Origin: Phallusia mammillata
Taxonomy: Eukaryota
Direction: 5' to 3'
Assembly: GCA_965637545.1 (NCBI GenBank)
Contig: OZ281500.1
Span: forward strand, 5,952,001 to 6,016,000
DNA length: 64,000 nucleotides
Shown: positions 1 through 25,000 of the stretch, piece after piece
Numbering within the stretch: position 1 is the stretch's first letter
Layout of the letters: each line of letters begins with the position of its first letter
Program-made: the position numbers and the translations under genes
The notes under the pieces: generated by a model
Databases searched by the model: none
The model's input: only the letters and a program-made list of their open reading frames with translations
Told to the model about the DNA's origin: nothing

Positions 1-1295
1 AACAGCACTGCCAGCAGAAGATACTGCTAGGGCATCGCCAATTTGCTACAATTTGGATCGTTTGGCTGCAGTTGTCGCATAATATCAGAGAAGAGAAGTG
101 AGACAGTATTCTCTACCTTACGCAGTCTTGGTGTAATAGGATACCAGCTCTGTTTGTTAGGCTGCTTTGTTTTGCGAAAACCGGACAATGGCTGACGGTA
201 TTCTCACATCTTTGTGTAGCCGTATTCACTTCTGGAACATAAACACCGGTAAACTTAGGAACAGAAACCCGGCGTACAAGGGTAACTGGGCTGAAACCAG
301 TGAAATAACAAGTATAGACACGCAATATCCCAAATACTTAGGTAATAATTTGTCCTTCAAGTGCTAGAAGAGAAGGAAAGGACTTTAGCCAGGGGTGTGA
401 ATAGGCGATCTATAACGACACGCAGCTAGTCGTTGCCGTGCTATTGAAATTTTACTTGTTCATACCAAGTTGGAAGTATATTTGATTATTGGCCATTGTG
501 CAAACAGCGTTTCTTTTCTTGAGTATTGATAAGGCTAAACACACAATAGGACACGCCTGCTGAAAAATTAAGACACACTGAGCAATGAGACTTGGGTTTT
601 GGCCAAACATGCAGGTTTAGAAAAGGCTTCGAACGCGACAGAGTACCCCCTAGTCGTGTATTTCCCGCAGATTTTCACTTACTGTCAGCAGACAAGGTTG
701 TTTTCGCAAAACTGTAAAGGAGAATTTTAAGACGATTTGGTTGACTGGTTGCACGTTGAAACTAAAGGGTTTAGATCACCCAACACCAGTCAACTTTGCT
801 GTTTTCTAGGTAACAAGTCGTTTTGTCTTGGTTTCCAGAGTAGACAGTAGAAGTTCTATTTGTGTGTTCAGCGTTCAGGCGAAAACCTATTCTGGGGTTT
901 ACTGATCGATTTCTGGCTCTGACGATTCAAGCAGTTTTAAATTCAATACTTCATGTAACTTTGTTTGGAGGTCGACAATTTCGAGCCAGGACCAGACCAG
1001 AGTTTCATAATTTTTCCAAATTGTTAAAATTATGGAGATGTGTGTGGTATGAATCGGTTTCAAATAAACTGATCCATTTTTGGTGTAAATGTTATATTTG
1101 ATGGGATTATACATTTTATCTCGATATACAACCGGTATCCGTTTGTGTTTAAGGCTTGTGTATGGTTGGTTACTGCACTTGCAGGGCATGCGAGAACCAG
1201 TAGGTCTTAGAACCTGAAAATTGACACAACTGAGTGCTACACGATACTGGGGATTAGGATCATTCGTGGATTTAAAGCTGATTGCTACCGTCGTT

Positions 1296-1400
1296 ATGTC
1301 GCTAAAACGTTCGAACATGTCATTCAGCGGTGGGAGATCGAAAAGCATGTGGAGCTTAGCTTTTGATGACCGTCGCCTCAGTTCGTCTGGATTTGAAAGG
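1296..1400 (+). other. Possible distal first coding exon (MSLKRSNMSFSGGRSKSMWSLAFDDRRLSSSGFER), gene assignment unknown
   Basis: ATG-initiated 35 codons ending at a consensus donor AGG|GTGAGT in phase 0. No homology recognised. Confidence 0.2.
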
Positions 1401-4400
1401 GTGAGTTTTTTTGCGTTGAATAATCTTGTAAAATTGCACACATACAATGCACTGATGTTAATAACATGGATTGTTGAGACACATGAAACAAGGTGTGTGA
1501 ACTATATACAGACTTTTTTGATACCGTTTTCTACACCTCGATTAACAACCTGCACTCATGATGACAACAGTGAATGTTGAAACGTCTGCACAATGTATTC
1601 TATATACACAAGTTCTTTGGCAGTGATGTTATAATCTAATTACTCTGTAAGTCCGTGTATAGTGTTCCTAAGTATATACCGGCTCTTAGCAGTTTTGTTG
1701 TTAGTCAAGATGTTTTTTCTGGCCCAGTTTTTTGCCAAAAGTTTTGCCGAAAATTTTCCGTACAAGGTCATCGTTCCACTTGGATGCTTAACTCGAAACG
1801 TGCACCATTTGTTTGTCACGTGCGCACAAAGTGCCTGATGGTGCATCTTTTACGCCTCGTTGAAGTTCGACGATGTTGGTCGATTAGCGTCGCTTTATCC
1901 GCTAAAAATGTTGACTTACCAAGGACTAACACTTGATGTAGCACCACATTAGACAACATGTCATTTCCAAATAAAACAACCTCATTAGTGTTGTTCAAAA
2001 AGCCTTACCGGCAAACGAAACCAAATTCCAGGAACAATCCATTTGTGTTCAATAGCATCTGTGGTTGGTGTTTGCATGCAAACATTCGATTTGGTTAATG
2101 CCCTTTGTGGTTGTGATTGTTTGCGTAAGAAGGGAAACCACGACAATATGCAGACAATGCAGAAAACACTATATGGAGCAACCACACTTTTCCAATATTC
2201 ACAGCCCTTGATCGATTTTTTGGTCTTTGCAATTCGACCTGTGACATTGAACGTCGAATAGTCGTTGGATGCATAATGGTCAAAGTAGTTTACATTCATA
2301 TTCAGTCCAGAATTTGAATGAACATGTAAACGTGTACATGTAAACATGTAAATTCAAGTTCATGAAAAAACCTTCCTTAAGATTTTAAAATATATATGTT
2401 TTGTCTGGATGTGATATGTTATGCGTACATTTTTACAGCCATGATGTGTTTACACTTACTTCCAGATACCATGCTGTAAAGGCGAAATATTTAGAGCTTA
2501 AAATCTTGAAGACGAATGACTTAAAGTTTGTAATTGAACAATAAAGAACTTAAATTAATACGAAAGTAAAATGTAATCTGGAAAAAAATGTTATAAATTT
2601 AATTTACATTTAAGACATTTATAAAATCAGAAATTCTTTTTGGATTTTTTTCCATTACAGTTAGTTTCAGTAATATTACGCAACAGAACATTTCAGTGGA
2701 TTTTTCCTGAATAGGAAATACACAGCAAACTGATGTCACGAAAAAAACTCGTTAATAACGGAACGTCTTGTCAGGATGCTGTAATGCTTCCCGTATTGGT
2801 TCTTTTGCTAACCGCTGTTTGCTTGTCAACAAACATACGTTCTTCATATTCTGGCTGTTAAAAAAGCTTTTTATTGGGCTCGTTTTTAATATAATTTTAT
2901 CGGCCAAATTCTTATTAATCTCACCAAATTTTGACAATTATATTTTTATTATATTTTAGCTAAATCTATAACTTTATTACGGGTACTTTATTCAAAAAAT
3001 ATTTAATCGCTAGTGGGCGCTGCGCATACAGCTGTTTGTGTTATTTCTCCGCTTGGTGGGAGTGTTAATCAACATTGCTAAACTAACTCGTTGTGCCCCT
3101 GATCAAAGCCTCGACATCCCCACCGGCGTTTTTCCGCGGTGCGCGGCATAACGAATGCGATTTAAGTGACGGCGCGATTACAAGTCAAAACCGTGTGAGG
3201 CAGTGGTTCGTGTCCATACCTAAATTTTACATATTAGCTCCCTTGCAATGATTCTATTATATCGCTTTACGGTAAAGGGAATGGCCTAGATAATTTTCCT
3301 TTTATTTGTATGTTTAGAATGGTCAACTCTTTTACTCTTTCAATTATATTTTCCAAATTGTCAACTGAATATATTCAATTGTAGCCTATAGGCTATTTGA
3401 AATGCTCTTTACTATGAATTTTAGTGTCAAATAGGAAATTCTTTTTGCGTTCTCTTGGTCTTGACGAACGCTGGTTTCAAGAGTTTGCCTTATCTGCCCG
3501 GATTATTGCAATTCATTGTAAAACGCAAAAAGTAAGATGTTGCTGGTTGACGTCGACGCGTATGTATTGTTTGGTTGTCGGCTGTAAATGTTGTGTCCTA
3601 AAGCTAAATCCATTGTCGGGCCATAAACCATGTCGATGGTTTTGAAAGCATGGCTGTAAAAAATACAGGTAATATCACAAGAAGCAGAAAAGTGTGATAT
3701 GTTTGATAACATGTATTTAGCTTAAGTGTGAAAAACAGACACCTTGGTTTAATAACAAAATCAGATCCCACAATCCAAGCGTAATTTACGCGACGTCAAT
3801 TTGGAGAAAGTAATTTAACGAGCATAGTTACACAGATTACGTAATAACTTCAGGCAAACACAGACATGGCACGTCGTTTGAACACGCCGATGGGTTCTCT
3901 TATCAACAACTGTACATAAAGATGCTACCGGAATTTCCCTACATACTTACGGCATCACGCGTGCAAGGCCAAAAAGGCGTTCCGAAAAGAGGCCATCGAA
4001 ACTTTGCGCATGACATAGCATCACGTGTTCGAACTTAATGCTCGGAAATTTTTCTGACTTGAAATGAATTTTTCCACTCAGTTCTGTCGCTTTTTGAATT
4101 ATAATGGTGATTGAGGTCTTGCTCTGTAAAACTTTTGAACAAACAACAACATTGCGAAACTATGTTGGGTGCTGTAGTTTGACTGGGTGTAGGCTATAAC
4201 TAGGACAAAGGTTCTCAACTATTTGTCTTGCGTACACGTTTACATGTTCATACAAAAGTCGTAATATAAAATTTGCCCCAACCTTTTTCCTACCTAACTG
4301 TCCCAGTAAAACTGTAGCAAAGAACTCCCAAGTCGATAGCAGAGCTGCAAGCAGGTCCTAAACTCTACCCGATCCCGACATTTTGTTGACATAAAGCCCC

Positions 4401-6180
4401 ATGTCCGAATGGTAAATTTACGACAGCGAAAAGTAGACACAAATGCGCCCTACAGTGCGAAGTCGGACCCGAAAATGCCGGTTTTATTTAAACTAAAAAC
4501 CGAACACGGCCTGACGTTTTGGCTTCCGTTTGAAAACATCTTCACACGGTAAATGCAAGTAACCGGTTTTAAATGTTTGTTGTAACATACTTACATTGGG
4601 TGTTATGTGTTTCTTGTTGCGTGACATTTAAATTATTTCGATAAGTGAACGTGGAAAAAACATATTGTGTGAAATAAACAGTGAAATCAGAAAACCTAAA
4701 ACGAAAATGAACCATGTTGTAACATCAAAAGCACACACGATATCAGGCCACTAATCCATTGCTTATGTGGAGATCGACCAAATCTTTGACCTGTTCAAAC
4801 ACATCCTACATTTTTAAGGCGCGTTTCGCATATTTTACGACTAAAGGCAGATGCGAAGCGTATGATGAAAGCATGGACATTGCCCATAACCGATAGATTG
4901 TAATCCGGATTCCAGTTCGTTGGCTTTTGTATGTTTAGTCGGTAACGTCTCGAGACCGACGTTTCGGGTTTCCAAAGTGCTTAGCTCTCACGACCGCCCC
5001 TCCGTTTTGTTTGTTGGAATGCCGACAAGCACAGGGAAACGCACCGGCCCACCCCAACCTCCTGGGAAACTTTCAACTCCGATTTAGCACACAATGAACA
5101 CGCTTCTTGCTACGTGTTTTCTCTGCGGGAATCTGAGTATTTACCGGTCCCGGGTCACTCAGGCCACAGTTGTATCGACTTTCCTTTGTCGCCCTTACGA
5201 ACTGTGTGGCCTCGCAACCAATTGCAAGGACAGCTGAGTGACTGATATAAATTTCAATTCGTGTAATTTGTGCAACGGTGAAACACTACATTGAACTGCA
5301 ACAAGTCGGCGTTAGTGGATGGTTGTTCTTTACAGGCATGTTATCTTGCAGCAAAGCCTTAGTAGTATAATATATTTTAAGCAAGCTATATTAGTTTAGT
5401 GGCCCTAAAAGTACAACAGCTGTTTGCGTTTAGGCCGGGACGCAAATTCTAAAGTCAAGCATCCAGCAGCGCGTGTTTAATTTGTTTTTGAGTAAATTGA
5501 TTGTTCCATCACCACAGGCAGATGCACTCTTTTGACCGGCGCCCAGATGCATTTGCAGGAATGCCGATAAACCAAAATGTTAAACGCTTCTTTTCTAGAA
5601 CGCCCTCGAATTTCAAGAAAACTTAATGCCAAATCCAGCATACATCTGAGTGCAATGGTTTTAAATGTCCCACATCAGAAAGGGCGCAGACAAAGGGATA
5701 TTAGTTATGAGCTGTCAATGTCACTGTTAGCTCTTCTTACTGGCTTTGGTACGCGTGCCCAAATCAGTCTTAGTTGAGTGCATGTTTATTTGTGTACTAT
5801 AAGCGCATTAGTTGTTTGTTTATCGCTAGCACTGCGAGTAACGTTATATTCCTTCGTACTAGCAGTGAAACTAATACCAGATTAATAGGTAGCAATGAAA
5901 CCATCTTTGTAAACATATTTAGGAAGTCTTTCGCCCACGTTATGATGCAAGTAACAAATAAATCAGTGGGCACAAATTGGATGACGCCAATCATGCCTCG
6001 GTCGACAGCAATTAGCTTCATGGGCATCATAATTTTCCCACTCTTGGTCGTCATTTGTTTTCCTGCACTATTCTCGTTACTACATCGTTTATATTCAAGC
6101 ACCTGAAGCTACTGGTATATTTTCGGAAAATGATTAAACTGTTGTCTATGGTAAAAAATGCAAGCAAAATTTACTTGGTC

Positions 6181-6501
6181 TGTGAATTTCGTTAATGATA
6201 ATATTTTGTTTTGCGTTGGAACTGTCATATCAACAAATATTTGTGCCCTACTGGATAACTAATTGAAAAGTATACAATCATTACAGCTTTGCTAAAACCA
6301 TAAAAGCCTACAATTGCCGCAACACTTACGTGCAAAATGTCCTTGTTGTGTGAATTTCGTTAATAATAATGTTTTGTTTTTCGGCGAAACTGTCATATCA
6401 ATATCAGCAAACTATTGTGCCCAACTGGATAACTAATTGAAAAGTATACAAGCATCACAGTTGTGCTTAAACCATACAAGCCCACAACTGCCGCAATACT
6501 T
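6181..6501. repeat. Imperfect direct tandem duplication, period about 168 bp (copies start at 6181 and 6349)
   Basis: Both copies contain TGTGAATTTCGTTAAT...ACTGTCATATCAA...CTGGATAACTAATTGAAAAGTATACAA...GCCGCAA. Confidence 0.85.
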
Positions 6502-9243
6502 GGGTTACAGCGTGCACCAGTTCGCAACAAAGGGGTTATAAAAGGTCAGGTTGACAGAATCAACATATCGGAGATGCGCATTCCGTATCAATTCCGCGGT
6601 CTACCATGGGCACTTTTTCGGCGCATGGAAAGTAAACAAAGTGACAATGGCCCGGTATCCAACCAACAGTACACCTGGACTGGGACCTTACCGCCTTTGT
6701 CACTTAAACCTCGTGAGCCGGGCATAATAATTCGATCGCTCGTTTTGCGATGATTGTAGCTTGTTATTGTTCCACGTATTGAATGAAAACAACACGGCCC
6801 GCACGCTAGTATACGGGCGTATATGCGTGGGTTACTAAAACATTGGGCGGTAACCATGAAGCTAAAGTGTCAACATGCGCTTTCTTTTTTCGAACGCGCA
6901 AACCGAAGTTATCGCTTACATGGTGTTATAGTGAAGTATCTGAATACTAAATCGTTAAGTGTATTTTAGGTGAAAGGTTACACCAGGGTGTGGAGTAAAT
7001 GAGATTGAATACAGAACGATTATTATCGAACAAGATGGCTTATTTGACGGTAGTACAGTGTCACATGTCATGTCAGTAAAACTTTTTGTTTGGTTCGGTT
7101 TAAAAACGGTTTACCTGGAACAAACAATAAAATCGCATCTTAAAGGTCTTATATGTCAACGATTTCCTGGTAACCGACAAATTTTTTTACCCAAGGAGGA
7201 ATCCTGCTACACCAATTGTGGATTATGCCCGACCATTCTGTGTTTGACATTCGCCCGACCGTTCAATGTTTAAATAACAAATATCATATGTATGTCTGCA
7301 CTAAGAGTCGAAGATTTCACTGCAGAGCTGAAAGATAGAATGACTGATCAGCGATAACTCCTTGGGCGGTAGGACAGGTTTTACTAGTCAGGTTAAACAG
7401 TTCAAGTTTCCTTCTAATTACAACCAGTAAGTTGCCTTCGATTGACAGCAGTATGAAAGCAATACAGGAGTGCTTACAGAGGATGTCTGCACTTTGGCAA
7501 ACGATATAGAATTTGTACTGCACCTACCGTTTATCCCATTGTAGCACACGCTTCTCTCCGGCAATTATAAGCAAGCCACGCGGATGTAACATGTCATATG
7601 CAAATGACGTCGCGAAGTCTGCCCTGGTATTTGCTTGACCGACTTCGTTCTTTCGGAGATCGCTTTATACGCGTTCCAAGCTGCCAAAAGGCCATCTGTT
7701 TGCTGTGCGCGTCTTAATTACTGACGATTATTTGCAAACGAAACACCGCCGCCGTTGTTTAGCATTCCCTTGTTGCCTTAGAATCAAAGACGAAATGGGT
7801 GGTTCGTTGTCCCGCAATAAAGTTAGTATTCCGGCGTGAGTTCCTCAACGTAGGCTGTAAACATAGAAGAAGTGTATGTCTAGCACCAGGTTGCCACTGG
7901 TCAGTTACAGTCCATCCTGCGCTTCGACGCAAAGTCACTGGCCGCGGGGTCAAGGGTTTAGCGGGTTGAACAAACGCATGTGGATGCAGCGGCGTGAGGT
8001 CAATGAGTTCAAATCGCTGCAGTTGGCGATTTTTTAACCGGCCGAGATGAGAGATACGACCCGGCACCAAATGACAATAGCTTTGATACGGCGTCAGAGA
8101 GATCAGTATCGGACGGTAGCAAAATGTTTGGTTTGTGCAGCATAGGGCAAGTCAGCTTGTAGCACGGAAGTTGTTCGTATTGGATTTGATGAGGGAAGAA
8201 CGCAGGAGAGCTCAGGAAGCAGTGGATTCCCACGCTTGTGCCAGGCGACCTTTCCATAACGATAATGCACTTCTTTGTTGTATCTAAAGGTCTTAATGCA
8301 TATTACGCGTTGTATGCTTGGTGGTAGTACCCGAATAGAACATTTAAAGCGCCAAGTACGCAATAAATTTTGGCATTTAGTTTACGTTTTATCTTTCCAA
8401 TCGATATGAGACTGTAGGCCACACCTGTTCTCCTATAGTCAGATGCGATCTATGTCACGGTCGCGATGTGATGCAATCGCTATCGTTCGGAACTTCGGCG
8501 TGATGTAATCGCGGTCAGAATGTCAATACATGCATAGAATACAAGCCGACGTCACGTTTGTCTTCGACATGTCTTTCTAAGTGTGTCACGAAGCAGACAA
8601 CCATCAGATGCAAGTTGTTGTTCTTAGAAACCGACAGAAGTTTATCAACAGCCTTGAATCAAGTACGCGGTGTATAATGCGATTAGCTATAGTGACGGTG
8701 GTCGCATATGCTTCTGGTGTCATATTATACGACAAAAAACGCCCGCAATTAGCCTGTTGTCGCTGGACCCCGTGATTAAAACGAATGCCGTTGCGAAACG
8801 ACCATGTTGTGTATACGCTCAGATTTTTTGATGCGAATTTTTAGATGGAGTAGATAAGGCATGTGCGTTGTGGCTGATTTTAGGAGAAATTTCTTCTGTA
8901 ATGTCGTAGAGGATATGCGTGTGTTTTTAGTGTCGGAAAACAGGATACGCCAATTTAGGCAAAACTAAAACTTAGTCAACTTATATAAGCTTACCGTACC
9001 TGAAAAGACCAGATTAATATTGCATAGCCAATGTTTTGAAGGTAGACTACAGGTGTGGTAATTACATTTATAACTAATGAGTTGTTATACGTAATATCGT
9101 TAAAAACTGTAATTACCCTCATGCAGAAATAGACTGGTGTAAAAATAGTAAAGGCTGTGGCTTGCGACAAAATTTGTCATTTGTTTACTTGCACATGATT
9201 TTGACACAACTTGGCCTGAAGCCTGGGGCGGATTGCTGTTTGC

Positions 9244-21130
<11,887 letters not shown>

Positions 21131-21677
21131 TGATCAAACGGCCACTGTTCATTTAATGTTTGTGGGAACAACACATTCCACACACAGGAACGCACTGCAC
21201 TCGGCGATGGATAGCACAAGCGGATACCAGAACCTTGAGCAAAGAGATGAGACAATATTGTGATAACCTCAAGGAACTATGATTGGAATAATGGGGCAGT
21301 ACTGCGCGTATCTTGCTACAGTTGTTCCCGTTCTTTTTTAAATAATTATTTATAGCGCGTGTTTCTTATTCTTAATCTATGGAGTAGGGTCGCAGTTGTG
21401 CCATACGAGCATTTTTTCTGTAATTGTTTCCTTTCAATAGCGGTAGTTGGTAGTATTCTACAGTTTACGGCGTTACTGAAACATTTGGTCGACATCAAGG
21501 CCGTGCTTTCTTGTTCAGCCGGTCTAAGCAAGGAGGTTTGGCCTGAAGTGAACGGTCCTTATGTGATGCTGCACTTAAAATGCACACTGGTATCCAGTTT
21601 TGAACTTTTCTTTCTTTTTCCGTCAAATCTGCAATTGCTAATCGAGTGCGGACCCTGAACGCGTCTTTTCGTGTACA

Positions 21678-21683
21678 AATAAA
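21678..21683 (+). terminator. Probable FCHSD polyadenylation signal AATAAA
   Basis: First clear AATAAA downstream of the stop at 21130, followed by a T/GT-rich tract at 21711-21725. Confidence 0.5.
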
Positions 21684-21730
21684 AAATATACAATTTCTGA
21701 TAAGTGAGTCTTATTTGTTGTGGTGAGGTT

Positions 21731-21736
21731 TTTATT
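21731..21736 (-). terminator. Probable GLYR1 polyadenylation signal AATAAA
   Basis: TTTATT on the plus strand, 352 nt downstream of the GLYR1 stop. Confidence 0.5.
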
Positions 21737-22087
21737 TCTGTGCTACACAGAATCGCCCGATTTGGAAAACGACAGACGAGACATGATTCCAAAGGACTAA
21801 ATCAACGAGAGAAAATGCGTAAAAATCGTTGAGAATTATGTGCTGTAAAAAACGATATTATCCACGATTAAGAGGGGGCAAAAATCACTACAGGCTACAA
21901 AATCGTATAGTAAACACGAATTCAACCGCTACGCTTTGTGGAAACGATTGTATAAAAAGAAAACAACAATACTACGAAACGTCGCAGCCACGGGCGGACG
22001 CAGGTCTTTGTACAAGCAGATCGTGGCGCGCCGGCGTTTGGCACTTGCAGTTGCAGGAAACGGGGAAAGCTTGCCTGGTGTTTCCGA

Positions 22088-25000
22088 TCACGCATTCACA
22101 GCCCTGTACACACAGGACATGTCCCGGTCGCCGAATCCAATCGCCTTTGTGCGCTTGTACAACTGAAAAACATCGGGAATGATATACATATATGTCAAGC
22201 CTGTCATGGAATTTGTGGTCCACGAAAAAGCTTGTGGTGTCCCAACCCCTGTATAGGTTGTTAAATGTTGAAACCAGCTTGTGGGAAGACTTGAAGGCGC
22301 GATTTGCTATGGTATTTTAGGCCAGAGAATTGAATTCAAACATTGCCTAAGCCGTAAGTCAATCCCAGCAATCCAAACGGGAATACCCCGCCTAATACCT
22401 AATTTGACCAACTTAAGCCAACCAGGTTGTGTAATAAAAGCGTCTTATACACACACGCATAGCAACACACGGTAAAAGTCACACAGTAGTATATGTCGGC
22501 CGCTCACCGCATCATAACATACCAGTTCTCTATTTTTACCGCAAATGTCCCTGGAAACAACGGGGTCACCTAGGCAGCAACAATAGGCGATTACCAAAAT
22601 TGGACGACTTACGTCACCGACGTACAACCGTTGGTCGAACAATAGCAATCACCTGGTGCGTCTATTTGAGGGTTTGAGGGTTTAATGGCCCAAATTGATG
22701 CCAAGGCACTGTGTGTTCAACAAATGACGAGATTCATGGCGAGTAAGCACAACTTTTAATGCGTCTCGTTTTTACAACCTTGTACCGTCCTAACGCAAAT
22801 ACTTGAACTAAACCATTAAAAGTGATCTGCTGGGCGTGTTTAACACGTGGAAAATGGTTGGTTTACCGACCCAGGGCAACCAAAAAAGCAAATGCTTACT
22901 GCATATTGCCCAAAACAGCTCTAAAGTCTAACTCTAAACCACAGGAAGTATAACATAGACTACCAGTAATATGCTGTTAAATTTGCAGGTATATCAAGCA
23001 TAAGCTTTAAACTTTTTGACACACTTGATTACTGTATTGCCAATTGTTGTAACATAAGTAATCTAATCCAGCTTAAATTCACCATCGGGTCCACCACACT
23101 GATTTGTAGGATAGTGGAATAATAATACCCACTTTATATCGACACCACTATGCTTAAATTGTAGTTATACATTTTGGGAGATCACAGCATATTACTGAAA
23201 TACACAATTAACACTGATTTTGTTCAACAGTATTGCTTATTGTTGTGGTACATCAAGAAAATTGCCATAATGTTGTATGTGTTTCATTTCAGTTATGTTA
23301 CCATGTGTTACATCAGATTTTGGTATTTTTACAAAAGAAATTTGCCAAATTTTTGAAGTAAATATTAGATTAAAACAGTGAAGTAAAAAAAATAGGGTTC
23401 ACAATTGAAACATTACATTTTTTAGGCAATTGACCAGGGTGTGGTTTGGCAAATGCATGTTTTCCAGCTAACCTGGTTCACACAGCACTTTGTTGGAAAT
23501 TAAGTGTTCAGACAAAAATTTTAATATACAAGTTTTAAAATCTACATTTTTCATGTGAAGTTTTTGTTTTCTCATCAGAAATTATAAAGAAAAAAATCTT
23601 TTTTTCTAACTTAACCCAGAGATATACATCATCAAACATCTTGACAATGCCCATTCGAGCATTTTATTTACACTTGGCCACAAAACTGATCATTTGTGTG
23701 CTTTTAAGATATAAATCAGTAAATATGTAATTAGGAACCATAAATGCTAATGGGTAGACAAACATGGTGTTAACATGCTTGCAAATCTATTTAACATTCA
23801 AATTACAGTAGAATGCCATTCACCATTCAGTATAAATTGTTGTGTAAAATACAGTAAACCTTTGTTAAACCGGATCTTCACCTGATTCAGACAAAACTTA
23901 AAGTATAAAGGATTTATAATGGCAAGCCTTTAACCGGGAAGAAAGTTTAAGACCTAAGGCAAGGAATTTACTTATTTTGTACATGTGGTTTGTAAATATA
24001 TAACCTGTAAAGTTGATAAAGACCAAATTTAAAATGCTCTTCGTATGGTTTAGCATCATACTTTGTGGAATATTGGGAAGAATGCAAAAGTTTTAAATGG
24101 TTAAGCTAGGAATTCGCCGATAAAGGTTGGGAACCACTGCTTAAACTAGGCAATTTTTTTGTTCCAAACAGGTCTAGATTAACCAACGTTTACTGTACAG
24201 AACTTTATTGTGATGTAAATTAATAAGCACACAACGGTAAATACCTCATTGGCTGCTCCAGCAACATGAAGAGGTTGTTCCAATACTTCACCCATCTGTA
24301 AGGCAAGTCGAAGGTCTTTCTGCTGATGTTTCAATGGGAAGTTTGCTGGAAAATGGCCCTGTGCAAACAAATCATCAAATATTATTTGTCTAATTTTTCA
24401 CAACCAGTGAGAATATATTTCTATGATAAAAGCATAGAGAAACAAAAAAAATCAACAAAAGTTGTTCACTACTCCATCCTTGCTTGAAAACAAGCCTATC
24501 AGTTTTGCCACCTTGACACCATAAATGCCTTTTGTGAATCTATTTTATTGAAAAATTTTGGTAAAATTGCATGTAAATGTATGTGAGGAAATTCTACAAA
24601 CTAAGCCAATGGACATGTAGTTGGGCCTGATCCTTTAAAATACACAAAGAATTCTTTATTGTTTTCGAGTTATGACCAACCAAACTTTTGCTAAAGATGA
24701 TGATCCAAAACCAGTCTTTATCTCATTGCACAAGGCTATTGGCAAAGGTGGTCTTACAATCAAAACTTTATGTGAAACAGAATTACGTGATGCTGGCTGC
24801 TACCTGGTAATTATATTGGCAAGTTTTAGTCATCCTGCTTTTTCAAAGTACAACAGAGATTTATTTGTTTTACATTTTTTTTTAGTATTCCTGCAGCAAT
24901 TGCATGAAAAACTTCACCAACAGTCCCTTACATGCTCTTTATCCGTGTAGAGGATCCTGTGCCCTACTTTACTTCTTAAAGTGGTCCAAATTAAAAAAAT

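Noticed and set aside
899-1447. 182-aa minus-strand ORF
   Set aside because: No recognisable domain and I could not build a consistent exon chain. Left unassigned; a BLASTP/HMM search would settle it.
1985-2347. 120-aa minus-strand ORF with a hydrophobic patch and a GTAAGG donor
   Set aside because: No family similarity recognised, and no convincing downstream exon.
5500-8400. Short ORFs as possible retroelement remnants
   Set aside because: I could not recognise any RT, integrase or transposase motifs in any frame.
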